DNA of 64,000 nucleotides from Azolla caroliniana (taxonomy: Eukaryota > Plantae > Polypodiophyta), in NCBI GenBank assembly GCA_043228905.1, contig JBHGNT010000010.1:4030001-4094000 (forward strand), in the 5' to 3' direction. The notes beneath the pieces were generated by a model that saw nothing but the letters and a program-made list of their open reading frames with translations, did not search any database and was not told where the DNA came from. A program made the translations under genes and the position numbers. Positions 24,667 through 37,275 of this stretch are shown one piece after another; positions within the stretch are counted from its first letter, which is position 1; each line of letters opens with the position of its first letter.

Positions 24667-27600
24667 TTCTCTGTTTTACGCTTCAAACACTTACGTTTAC
24701 ATGGTATCAGAGCGCGAGGGTTGAGAACCTCTGCTACAGACATTTGCTCTTGAGAAGACAACCCTAACAGGTCGAAAACAAACACAATAGAAGACATGGA
24801 TAGAGGCATGGCTACGTCGCTCCCGGTGGAGAAGCTCGAAAGGAGCAACTACACATCCTGGTCTTACAAGATGCACCAGTACCTGCTTGGACATGGGGTA
24901 TTGGAGTTATGTCGAAGGAGCGAATGATGCGGCGCCAGACTCGGCACACAAGGACTTCCCGGTATGGGAACAGGCGGCAAGCAGGGTGATGTACTGCTTC
25001 GCGTCCAATGTCGGTGATCAGCTGCTCAGCCACATCCGTGACGCCAAGACACCGAAGGATGCTTGGGGGAACCTGAAAAAGGTTTTCGCCGCAAGCACCA
25101 CTGCCCGGAAGCTGCAACTCAGACAGGAGTTGAGCAATGTTCGACAGAAGAACATGTCCGTGGCAGACTACACGGGCCGGATAAAGGAGATCTGCGACTC
25201 GCTCGCCTCTATCAATGTTACCGTAGAGGAAGACGAGATGGTGCAGGTATGTCTCGGAGGCCTGGCGTCCAAGTTCGGAGCGTTCCGGACTGCGGTGTGT
25301 ACAAGGGAGAATACCCCCTCATTCTTCGAATTACAGTCGATGCTCCTTGTAGACGAGAACCACGCCGGTGCATCTAACAGTGCATCCCCGGACAGCCGAA
25401 TGTTGTACACGAGAACGGATCGGCTCCGTGGGCGTGGTGGAATAGGTGGGTCGGCACGCAATGGAGGCGGCCAACAAGAGCAGGAACGGTGGCACTATGG
25501 AAGTTGATGACCGTATTACACGTTCCGACAATCACGAAGAACCTGGTGTCCGTCGGTCAGATTGTCGACCAGGGAATGCAGGTACGGTTTACGCACCTCG
25601 GGTGCTTCATTGAGGATGAGGGCGAAGTCATTGCGCAAGGGCGCAGGGACGGGAGGATGTTTATCCTCAACACCAATCACGTTGGCACCGCTCTTTTCGC
25701 GAATCGACAGAAGGTCGAGTCGGACATCGACCTGTGGCACAAGCGGATAGGCCACGTCAACTACCGGAGGCTTCAAGACCTGTAAACGAAACAAGTCGTT
25801 TTCGGTTTGCCGAAGTTCAGCGGCCGGAGAGCCCAAATTTGTGAAGCCTGCCAACTTGGGAAGCAACACCGGCTTCCATTCCCCACCGAACGGAACCGGA
25901 GTCGTAACAAGCTCGATCTCATCCATTCGGATGTGTGGGGACCGGCACAAAGTGTAAGCCTTGGCGGGAGCCGATACTTCGTCTCCTTCATCCACGACTA
26001 TACTCGACATACTTGGATCTACCTCATTGAGCGGAAGAGCGAAGTCTTCGACTGTTTCCGGAGCCTCCAGAAGATGGTGGAACGGGAATCAGAGAGGAAG
26101 ATCAAATGCCTTTTGTCGGATGGCGGAAAGGAATATTTTTCTGGCCAATTCACTAGTTATCTGCAACAGAAGGGAATTCAGCGAGAGTTCAGCTGCAGAT
26201 ACACACCGGAGCAAAACGGTGTGGCCGAAAGGAAGAACCGGACACTCGTCGAAGCGGCAAGGGCGATGCTGGAGGAGAAGAGCATGCCCCAGTTCTACTG
26301 GGCGGAGGCGGTCCGGACGGCCGTCTACATACAAAACCGTATTGGTGACAAGGTGTCAGCTCATGAGTTGTATTTCGGGCGCAAGACAAACTTAAGACAC
26401 CTTCCGATATTCAGAAGCATAGTGTATGTGCATGTGCCGGATCAGAAGCGGAGAAAGCTGGATGCAAAATCGGAAAAAGGCATCCTAGTCGGCTATGCTC
26501 AAGAGCAAAAGGGGTATAAGTGCTATAACCCCCGGACGAAGGAAGTCCGGGTTAGCCGGGATGTCGAGTTCGATGAAACGGCATCCTGGTGCTCCGTACC
26601 GACTCCGACTTCCGATCCCGACCCAATGTCGGAAGATCAGGCCAGTGAGCCTGAATTAGCCCTGGCAGAGGATGATGATGCCGGGACTCAAGACGAGAGT
26701 CCGGAATCGTTACGGTTGAGTGGACCGAACGAGCGACTGAGTCGGTTGGACCAGTCGGATGAAGAGACGACAAGTGGTGGAGACTCTGTCGTGCTCTCCC
26801 CACGCAAGGCACCGAGGAAACGGTTCACGCGCAAAGAGAAGGGGAAAAGGAAGATGCCGGAATTCGAAACCGGCAACGATGAGTCAGATCGGTGCGTATC
26901 CGACTCCGGAAAGGAGAAAGGCGGATCTTCGGCAACGAAGACCGAACTAGCCAAGAAGGGCCTCAAATCAGGTGACGGTGCGTTGCGCCGATCAACCCGC
27001 CAGAAGGATCCCGTCATGCAGTACGGGTACAATAAATACATGGCGCATCATTATGCGTACATGTCTAAGGTGACAGAAGTGTGTGAGCCGGAGAGCTACG
27101 CAGAAGCGGCAAAGGACGCAAATTGGCGTGCCGCTATGGACGAAGAAATGCGGGCACTCGATGCCAACGAAACTTGGGACCTAGTTGATCCTCCCCGTCC
27201 ATGTAAACCGATCGGATGCACGTGGGTGTACAAGGTCAAGTACAACGCCGACGGTTCTGTTAACCGGTACAAAGCCCAGTTAGTGGCGAAGGGTTACGCG
27301 CAGACCCACGGAATCGACTACGACGAGACCTTCGCTCCTGTGGCGAAGATGACGACGGTTCGTGTGGTACTGGCGGTTGTTGCGGCAAGGGGGTGGCATC
27401 TTCACCAGATCGATGTGAAGAACGCCTTCCTTCAAGGAGAGCTTGAAGAAGAAGTCTTTATGACTCAGCCCCCCGGATTTCAATCGGAGATGAACAAGTC
27501 GGCGGTATGCCGACTGAAGAAGTCGCTTTACGGCTTGAAGCAAGCCCCCCGAGCTTGGAACGTGAAGATCACACACCGGTTGCGTAAGCTGGGATTTGTT

Positions 27601-29685
27601 GTCTCTAAGTCGGACTCTTCGTTGTTCATTCGGCAAGGCTTTGACGGTCTGGTATGTATACTCTTGTATGTGGATGATTTAGTCATCACCGGACCGGGTC
27701 TTCCCGAAATCAACCGCGTCAAGTCCCAGTTGTCGAACGCATTCGAAATGAAGGACCTGGGGGACCTTCATTATTTTCTTGGGATCGAAGTGATCTGGAC
27801 CCCCGATGGCATATTGCTCTCACAACGACATTACGTGTTGAATATGCTGTATATGTTCGGCATGACGGATTGCCGACCTGTCTCCACACCCCTGGACCGG
27901 AACCAGAAGCTCCGTCCCAACTCCGGACCGGCCTTCACTGAGAAACGGTTCCGACAAGTTGTCGGAAGCCTGATCTACTTAACCATCACCCGACCCGACA
28001 TCAGCTATCCGGTCGGGATGGTAAGTCAGTTCATGCAGAAGCCGACCGTGGAGCACCTTCAGTGCGCGCAACGAATATTACGGTATGTCAGCGGCACTAA
28101 GGACGGGGGAGTGCTATACCGGCGAGGTATACCCGAAGAGCTTGTCGGTTACACAGATGCTGACTGGGCCGGCGACGCGTCTGATCGCCGCTCCACTTCC
28201 GGATACATGTTTTCCATAGGTAGCGCGGCCGTTGCGTGGAGCAGCAAGATGCAGCCCACAGTGGCTTTGTCAAGCACTGAAGCTGAGTACCGGGCCGCTA
28301 CCATTGCCACTTGTGAAGCCATCTAGCTTCGGCGACTGCTGCGAGACTTGCGGATCGAGGTACCGACCCCGATCCCGATTTACTGCGATAACATGAGCAG
28401 CCTGCAGCTCGCCAGGAACCCTATTTTCCATGCTCGCACAAAGCACATTGAGGTGCACTACCACTTCGTGCGTGAGCAGGTCCTGAGCGGTGAAGTTGAC
28501 CTACGATATGTTCATACGGATCGGCAAGTTGCCGACATCTTCACCAAGCCGCTCGGATCGGACAAGTTGCAGCACTTTACCGACATGCTTGGTATTCAGC
28601 ATCTCGACGTGCCGCACTTGAGGGGGAGTAGCAAGGGCAAAGTCTCTGTCGAAACGGGCAATGGCCAAAAAACTGTTGAACCCGTCGGTAAGAGGAGAGC
28701 CGGAAGAAGAGGAGACAAGAAGATGAAGGAAGCCGAGTCGACGAAGGAAGTCGACACATCCGAACAGGTCAGAGCAAGCGGCTGTGAAGAAGAGTTGTGC
28801 ACTCAGGAAGAGAAGCGCATGTTGTGCGGAGGTCATCACGACGGTACTGACCATGATACAGAGTCGAATGAAGAATTCGATTTCGGTTCAGCGGTTGAAG
28901 AAGCCGAGGGAAGCATGGAGAAGGCCAAGACTCGGAAGTGGTCCGATGTGGTGAGAGGCCTGAAGCCGGAAGTCGAATCAGAGTGTACCGATTCGGACAA
29001 GAGCTGGAACGAGTCGGAGATAGCTGACTCGGATCAACAGATGGATCCGGATGAGTCGGATCGGCTGAAGGCCAAGGGGACACAGACACAGCGAAAGTCG
29101 ATGCCATCGTGGGAGAACCGACGGATCGGCAACCGCCGGAGTCACAACAACGTGAGTACTGAGATGGGCCTATTGAGCAGACATGCCGACTGAGAGGGTC
29201 GAGGTGCGCAGAACCAAACGGGTCGCGGCAAACGGGACCGGACCGGACGAGGAGCGCGAGCAAGGCGGAGTGACGCCAGGAGAAGTCGGTTGGAAGAACC
29301 GACTGCCACAGAGGTCGACACTACGACTCCACCTCAGGTTGAGCTTGAGGGGGAGTGTTGAGCGGCAAGTTCAACCGTAGCCGGATCGGCTGAATAAGCC
29401 GGAGCCGGTAAGCGAGACGGATCGGGCAAAACGGATCGGTATGACAGTGAGCAACCGAACCGGCAAGCAGTGGAGGCCGGGTGCAATCCGTAACCGGCAG
29501 TCCAATCGGAAGCCTAGTATAGGATAGACTACTAGGTAGCTATAGTCTCGTAGTAAGTGTCAGATGCTCGTGTGAGCATTGAAGTACATGGTACTTCTGT
29601 CAGTCCCAAGAGAACTTGTATAAATAGTGCTACTTAGCACAGTGTGTATACAGAGAGACCCGATATAATTTTGAAATTGTGTTCT

Positions 29686-29727
<42 letters not shown>

Positions 29728-29766
29728 GTTCTTTGTTTTACGCTTCCGCAAACACTTACGTTTACA
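23845..29766 (+). mobile_element. Copia B1: LTR 24263-24701, internal region, LTR 29356-29766, preceded by a duplicate 3' internal segment (23845-24262)
   Basis: PBS 24702-24713; PPT before both LTRs; (CT)n inside LTRs; 23845-24262 is nearly identical to 28938-29355. Confidence 0.93.
24808..29193 (+). pseudogene. B1 gag-pol with a gag frameshift, a deletion of about 480 bp (zinc knuckle and protease core), stops and a C-terminal extension
   Basis: Comparison with B2 53709-54187; ORFs 24887-25507, 25807-28326, 28348-29193. Confidence 0.88.
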
Positions 29767-30036
29767 GTTTCTTATGTAGTAAAGTGCATTTGAAAGCTCT
29801 TCATAACCTCCATCTTTTTGTACCAAGACATTAAACCTTTTTCAAATTAGCATCTTTATTATTGTTGTTTTATGCGATTCATACTCGGTTTCGTATGTTT
29901 TATGCAATTTTCACACCATTGCCGAAAATCTTCACGACATCGGATGAGAAGCGGAGGAAGTTGTATCCGAAGTCGGAGAATTGCATCCTAGTCGGTTACT
30001 CGCATGATCAAAAGGGGTATAAGTGTTATAACCCCT

Positions 30037-33000
30037 TGACGAGAACTCAAACACTCCTTATACACAACGCTCAGCCACAACCGAGCTTAGAATCATACAC
30101 AGAAAACGGGAAATAAAACACGACACGAAGAAGAGACGAGTACACAGGATGTTTACGTGGAAAACCCAAAACTAAGGGAAAAACCACGGCAGCCAACAGG
30201 CTGCAAACTATCACTATGTTGGAATGTACAAACAATGAGTTCACGGAGGCAATGACCTCGTGCTCACGATCTTCGCCACAGGCGGCGGTTACAACAGAAG
30301 CAGCGACCTCTTTCTCTCTCTCTCTCTCTCTCTCTGTACACTATTACGTGCTCTCTCTTCTTCTTGCACCAGCAAGAAATGACAACAACAAATATTATAA
30401 CTAAATGTTTGCCCTAAGTCATATTTATACTAATATGACTTTTCGGCTATTTACAAATATAGCCTCGATAGGCTCTCAGAAACATATTTACGAATATATC
30501 TCTTCGTCCGGTGAACATTCCTCACCGGGTCAGCACCATCCGGCTCTCCGTAGCCGGGTACTTCTCATCCGGTTCTCACCGAGTCTGCACCATCCGGCTC
30601 TCCGTAGCCGGGTACTCCTCATCCGGATCTCACCGGGTCTGCACCATCCGGCTCTCCGTAGCCGGGTACTCCTCATCCGGATCTCACCGGGTCTGCACCA
30701 TCCGGCTCTCCGTAGCCGGGTACTCCTCATCCGGATCTCACTGGGATTGCATCATCCGGCTCTCCGTAGCCGGGTACTCCTCATCTGGTTTCGGCCTCGC
30801 CCGAGTTTGTTTATCGGCACTGTTCTTCTCTCTTACCATCCGGAGGGACCTGTCTCCCAACAAACTCCCCCTTCACTCCGGCATGGGGTGTCTTACCAGT
30901 CTGATCCGCTTCCGGCATGCATCCAACTTGTCGGGTATCAGCACTTTGGTCAGCATATCTGACCCGTTCTCGGCCGTGTGGATCTTTGACAATGCGAACT
31001 CCTGGTCATCTACTCTTTCCCGGATCCAGTGATACCTTCGCTAGATATGCTTCGTCCGGGAATCGTAGGCCGCATTCTTAGCAAGGTGGATGGCACTTTG
31101 ACTATCGCAATAGAGCCGGTATTCATCTTGCCGAATACCGAGCTCTCCGATGAAGTCCTTCATCCATAATATTTCCTTGCCGGCTTCCACAGCCGCCATG
31201 TACTCTAACTCCGTGGTTGACAATGCAACCGTCTTTTGTAGCCTCGACTGCCACGAAACAGCTCCCCTTACATATGTCATTATATACCCGGATGTAGACC
31301 GGTTGGTATCCACATCAGCCGACATGTCCGAATCGGTGAAACCGTCAAGTTGAGGTTTTCCGGAGCCGAATCAGAAACACATATTTGAAGTGCCCTTCAA
31401 ATACCGGAGTATCCATTTGACTGCGTTCCAGTGCTCCTTGCCGGGATTGCTCATGAACCGGCTCACCACTCCAACTGAGTATCCTATATTCGGTCGGGTA
31501 CACACCATTGCGTCCATTAAGCCCCCGACGGCAGAGGCATATGGAATCTTCATCATATCCGCCTTCTCTGCTTTCGTCTTCGGGCTTTGCTTACCAAATA
31601 GCCTGCAGTTTGCCGGAAGTGTCGATCCGACCGGCTTCGCATCTAACATGTTGAACCGGTGAAGCACCTTTGTCACGTACTTCTCCTATGACAACCAGAA
31701 TTGCTGCACTGACCGGTTCCGTATAATATACATCCCCAGCATCTGTCTTGCCGGACCCAAGTCTTTCATTGAGAAGGTCCGGTTGAGAGCCTTCTTCAGC
31801 ATCCGTATTTTGACTCGGTCCCGTCCGACGATCAACATGTCATCCACGTACAGAAGGAGTATTAGGAAATCGCCTCCTTCGAACTTTTTCACAAACACGC
31901 AGTGATCGGCCTACGTCTTGTGGTACCCTTGATCAATCATGAAGGAGTCGAACTTCCGATACCATTGCCGAGGGGCCTGCTTCAACCCGTAGAGGCTCTT
32001 CTTCAACCGGCATACCAGGTGCTCCTTCCCTTTCTCCACGAATCCCTCCGGTTGCTGCATGTAGATCTCCTCTTCGAGGTCACCGTGAAGGAATGTCGTC
32101 TTCACGTCTAGCTGTTCTACCTTGAGGTCCATGCTTGCCGCTATACTCAGCACCGTCCGGATGGAGGTCATCTTTACTACCGGGGCAAATATTTCGTCAA
32201 AGTCCATGCCCTTTTTCTGCTCGAACCCCTTCACCACGATCCTGGCTTTGTATCTCGGGGGGTTGCCGGCATCTCTCGGTTTCAACTTGTACACCCACTT
32301 GTTTCAGAGTGCCCGCTTTCCTTTCGGCAACTCCCCCAATTCGTACGTATGGTTCTCATGCAGGGAATCCATCTCATCCTGCATGGCACTTAACCATTTG
32401 CGGCTGTGGGTGTCATCCTTCGCTTCTTCGAAGCTTTCCGGCTCCCCCTCATCGGTCAGCAGAACATTCTCTGCATCCAGAAATCTCTGGGGGGGCCTTC
32501 TCTCTCTTAGAGGATATCTCCGTCTTCGAGCTTCGGTAACCGGCTCCTCCACTTCCTCTTCATCTGAATCCGATTCGGGGTCTTGGCCGGTTCCGGTTTT
32601 AGCTTCCACAACTTCTTCTTCAGCCTGTTCGGTATCCTCACCGTAACCGGCTGGTTCCTCGAGTGCTAACCGGTCTGTTGCCGGTTGGGTTTGCTCAACG
32701 TAGAGTCTATCCTTACCGGTCGACTCGGAGTTCATTATCTTCTTCTCCGACTCCCAGTCGGCAAGCGTCTTGTCCTCCATGAAGATAATATCTCGGCTCT
32801 GGAATACCTTCTTGTCGACCAGGTCCCACACTCGGTAGCCGAACTCATCGTCGTCGTAACCGAGGAATATGCTTGGCCGGGTCTTTGGATCTAACTTTCC
32901 TCTCCGGTCCGTAGCTACATGCACGTACGCGAGACACCCGAACACCTTCAAATGCCGGTAGGATACTTCCTTACCGGTCCACACTCTCAGTGGCGTGTCT

Positions 33001-35280
33001 CCGTCCAAGGGTACTGAGGGTGATCTATTTATCACATATGTTGCCCTCGACAGTGCCTCAACCCAAAATTCTTGGGAAGTTTTGCATGCGCCAGCATACT
33101 CCGGACCCTCTCCATAATGGTCCGGTTCATCCTCTCGGCCAGCCTGTTTAGTTCCGGCGTCTTCGGCACGGTAAATTCGAGCCGGATTCCCTTCGAGCGG
33201 CAGTACTCCTCGAACTGCCCCCGGTATTCTCCTCCGTTATCTGCTTGAACTGCCTTCAGCTTCCGGCCGGTTTCTCTTTCCACTCTCGCGTGGAGCTCTT
33301 TGAAGACGGGTAGCCACTAATCCTTCGTCCTCAGCGGTGTGGCCCACAGCTTCCGGCTGTGGACATCTATGAAAGTCATGAAGTACTTCGCTCCGGCGTG
33401 TGACTTCGTGTCTACTTGACACACATCCGTATGCACCAACTCCAGTGGTGCATTACATCTCATCGGTGGCCTTGGTCGGAAAGAGGTCCGGTTTTGCTTA
33501 CCGGCTAGACAATCAGTGCACTTCTCCAAGTGCACGTTCTTCACGGGAATGAGGTTGTCGTCTGCAAGCCTCTTCATCCCCTTCTCGCTCATATGACACA
33601 GCCTCTTGTGCCACAGCTCACCGGCAGTGTCGGATGCCACGTTCACTTCTTCCGGACATAACCGGGCATTCATCAGGTACAGCATGTTTACCTCCCGGGC
33701 CCGAGCCACAATCAGGCTCCCTTTGCTGAACTTCATGACACCATTCCGGATGCTACCCGTGTAGCCTTCATCATCTAGCCGACCGGCTGATATCAGGTTC
33801 AGTCGAACCTCCGGAACGTGTCGAACATCCTTCAGTAACAACTTGCATCTGGTTGGTGTTGACAGCCACACGTCTCCTATGCCGACAATTCGGCATGTAC
33901 CTTCATTCCCCATCCGGACAAAGCCGTGATCACCGGCTGAGTAGGATGAGAAGCATTTCCGGGCCGGGGTAAGGTGGAACGACGCTCCGGTGTCTACCAC
34001 CCAGGTCATCTCATCGTCGGCAAGGTTTATCTCACACTCCTCGGTGATGAGCATCAACTCTTCTTCACTTGTCGTGATTGTCATCGTTCCCTTTCGGTCT
34101 GACCCCCTCCGGTCTTTTCCGTTCCGGTCCGGGATCCGCATCGAATCGGTACCGTCGGTCTCCTTATCCTTTCGGAAATGCCGACAGTTCTTTTGGAAGT
34201 GTCCCGGCTTGCCACAATAGAAGCAAGTGGGCTTCCCCCTTGACTTTGACCGTGTCCCCGACTTTTCCCGGTTCTGGGGACTATGGTTTCTTTGTCTTCC
34301 GCGTTCCGATTCGGTAAGTAGCGCTTTGGAGTCGGAGCTCGTATCTTTATCCTTCCGACGTGCCTCCTCATCTAGCAAGCTCGACTTTACTCTTGTTAGG
34401 GATAACCGCTTTCCTTCCGGTCCGGCGTTGCCCAAAGTGACAACCAACGTCTCCCAGCTATCCGGGAGGGAACCGAGCAGGAGTAGCGCTAGTACCTCAT
34501 CGGAGAGAGGTACTTCCAATGAAGTTGCCTGGTGGATCAGCCCCTAAACACGACATGAAGAAGAGACGAGTACACAGGATGTTTACGTGGAAAACCCAAA
34601 ACTAAGGGAAAAACCACGGCAGCCCACAGGCTGCAAACTATCACTATGTTGGAATGTACAAACAGTGAGTTCACGGAGGCAACGACCTCGTGCTCATGAT
34701 CTTCGCCACAGGCGGCGGTTACAATAGAGGTAGCGACCTCTTTCTCTCTCTCTCTCTTTCTGTACACTGTTACGTGCTCTCTCTTCTTCTTGTACCAGCA
34801 AGAAATGACAACAACAACTATTATAACTAAAAGTTTGCCCTAAGTCATATTTATACTAATATAACTTTTCGGCTATTTACAAATATAGCCTCGATGGACT
34901 CTCAGAAACATATTTACGAATATGTCTCTTCATCAGTTCTCACCGGGTCTGCACCATCCGGCTCTCCGTAGCCAAGTACTCCTCATCCGGATCTCACCGG
35001 GTCTGCACCATCCGGCTCTCCGTAGCCGGGTACTCCTCATCCGTTTCTCACCGGGCTTGCACCATCCGGCTCTCCGTAGCCGGGTACTCCTCATCCGGAT
35101 CTCACCGGGTCTGCACCATCCAGCTCTCCGTAGCCGGGTACTCCTCATCCGGATCTCACCGGGTCTGCGTCATCCGGCTCTCCGTAGCCGAGTACTCCTC
35201 ATCCGGTTTTGGCCTAGGCCGAGTTTGTTTATCGGCACTGTTCTTCTCTCTTCCCATCCGGAGGAACCTGTCTCCCAACA
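30037..35280 (-). mobile_element. Copia A3, degenerate; PBS and 5' gag deleted
   Basis: 3' LTR 30037 to about 30862; partial 5' LTR about 34546-35280; pol fragments with stops. Confidence 0.9.
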
Positions 35281-36336
35281 TAACCCCCAGACTAAGCAGG
35301 TTCGAGTAAGCTGAGATGTCGAGTTTGATGAGACGGCATCATGGTACACCTTCCCGACTCCAACTCCCGACAAATACCCGATTCCAGAATATGAGGCTAG
35401 TGAGCCCGAGGAGGTCTAGGTAGAAGATGAAGATTTCGGCACTCTAAAACAGAGTCCGATCTCATTCCGGTTGAGTGGACCGAATGAGCGGCTGAGTCGG
35501 GATGACCAGTCAAATGAAGAACCGGCGAGTAGTGGAGACCCTGTCGTGCTCTCCCACACAAGGAACCGAGGAGACGGTTCACGCACAAAGAGAAAGGGAA
35601 CCAAAAACTATCAGAATACAAAACCGGCGACGTTGAGTCGGATCAAAGCGAATCCGACTCCGGAAAGGATGAAGGCGTATCTTCGGGAATGAAGTCCGAA
35701 CCGGCCAAGAAGGGCCCCAAACCGGTGTCGCGTTGCTACGCGCGTGCGTGGAGAAACGAGGCGGGACCACCGGGGTCTTGAACCGAAGAGCAGGTGATAG
35801 AAGGGGAAAGAGATAGAGAGAGACGCCCGGTCACGTATGAGCAAAGAAACACAGGGGGCACCGCCCATCAACACAGAAGACGCGAATGGACACAGAGACA
35901 GGGAGACACAAGTGTTTGTATATTAACGAATATCAAATACACAACAGAACACGCGAGCGGTTACAACCGAACAGGCCGACGAACAGATGCCGATGCCTGT
36001 TCGTCTACGCACGAAAGGAGAAAAGGGTGGAGGTGCTGCCGGAAGCACACGGGCATTCCTCGAAGCAGCACGAGCCTCCCGAAACCCTGCAGAGAAGAGC
36101 GATGGAGAACGAACAGAGGAGAAGCGTTCGGTTACGGTCCGACAGCACTTCGTCCTCCTTAATGCGCGATCCCTTTCTCCCCGCGTCTCCCTCTCCTTTA
36201 TAGCTTAAGGAAGGGAGCCGTCTCCCTCATTTACTTCCTACCTACCGAATCTAACTACCCCCGGATATGCCTATGTACCTAATTCCCTATTATATACATT
36301 AAAGGGCGCGCACGCGTGAAGAGCCGGTTCACGCGT

Positions 36337-37275
36337 TGTCGGGGTAGTTGTGGTTCGTGCGGCGAAGTCGCGGGGACTAAGGTTAAGGGGAGTTGAAGAA
36401 ACTTAACTTTTAATAAGGCTTGTATGGTGATGATAGAATGGTTAAGGATAGTAAGAAGAAGAGTTACGAGTAATGTGTGTGTGTGTGTGTGTGTGTGAGG
36501 GAGAGAGAGAGACAAGCATAGATAAAAGATAGAGACAATGTATGATTCAAGAAAGAAGATCGAGACAAAGTATGATTCTAGAAAGAAGATTGAGACAAAG
36601 TATGATTCAAGGAACAAGAGTATATGATATAAACATGATGTATATTAAAAATATAATATTTTACCAACTTTACAATCCTTGACCGCAAACTGAACACATT
36701 CTCTATCGACCCTTGATTTGAACCCACGACCTCAACTTCGAAACGAGAGGTTCTCCACCCAATGAGCTAGTCTTCTTTAATTGATTGTATTATTTTCTCA
36801 CTCTTTCTTGATTCCCTTCTTGTTTTCCTTGCCCCTCTTTTTATAAGTATTTCCATGCATATGGTAATGGCATTCATGTAATGCATGAGTTACATCTTAT
36901 GCATGATCGCCATTTGGCGCACATGCATTGCATGTGATGCATGATAGCCATCATGCTCATTTGAGCTCCCATGTATTGGGATAAGTATAATGATGGATAT
37001 AACCCTAAAACAAATAGCCTAGCTTAGTGGTGTATGCTTTGTGCTTGATATACAAGGTTGAGGGTTCAAGTCCCTCAATTTTACTTAATACAATATTTAA
37101 GTTTATTCTTATATAGTGAAGCACATTCTTGACAACATTTCTAAAAACAAATAGCCTACCCTATTGGTATATACATTGTGCTTGGCTTATAAGGTTGTAG
37201 GTTCAAGTGTTTGAAATATTACTGAATTCAATATTTAAATTTATTTTTATATCGTGAAGCAAATCCTTCACGACA
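36337..37275 (-). mobile_element. TGTCG..CGACA element E5 (related to E3) with tRNA-like modules
   Basis: Termini TGTCGGGG / CTTCACGACA; flanks GCGT / ACGC; internal (TG)n, a 30-bp repeat at about 36527-36613 and a terminal duplication of about 137 bp. Confidence 0.75.
37016..37076 (+). other. tRNA-derived A-box/B-box module (not a functional tRNA gene)
   Basis: TAGCTTAGTGG; anticodon-like stem TTGTG-CTTGATA-TACAA; T-arm GAGGG-TTCAAGT-CCCTC; no acceptor stem. Confidence 0.65.

Larger units (their letters stand above)
23147..29939 (-). mobile_element. TGTCG..CGACA element E3 (23147 to about 23844 plus 29767-29939), split by Copia B1
   Basis: Perfect 12-bp terminal inverted repeat TGTCGTGAAGAT / ATCTTCACGACA; flanks CCGG / TCGG. 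Confidence 0.85.

Noticed and set aside
36708-37212. Functional tRNA genes
   Set aside because: Acceptor stems are missing or broken and the modules are embedded in a repeat; reported as tRNA-derived modules only.
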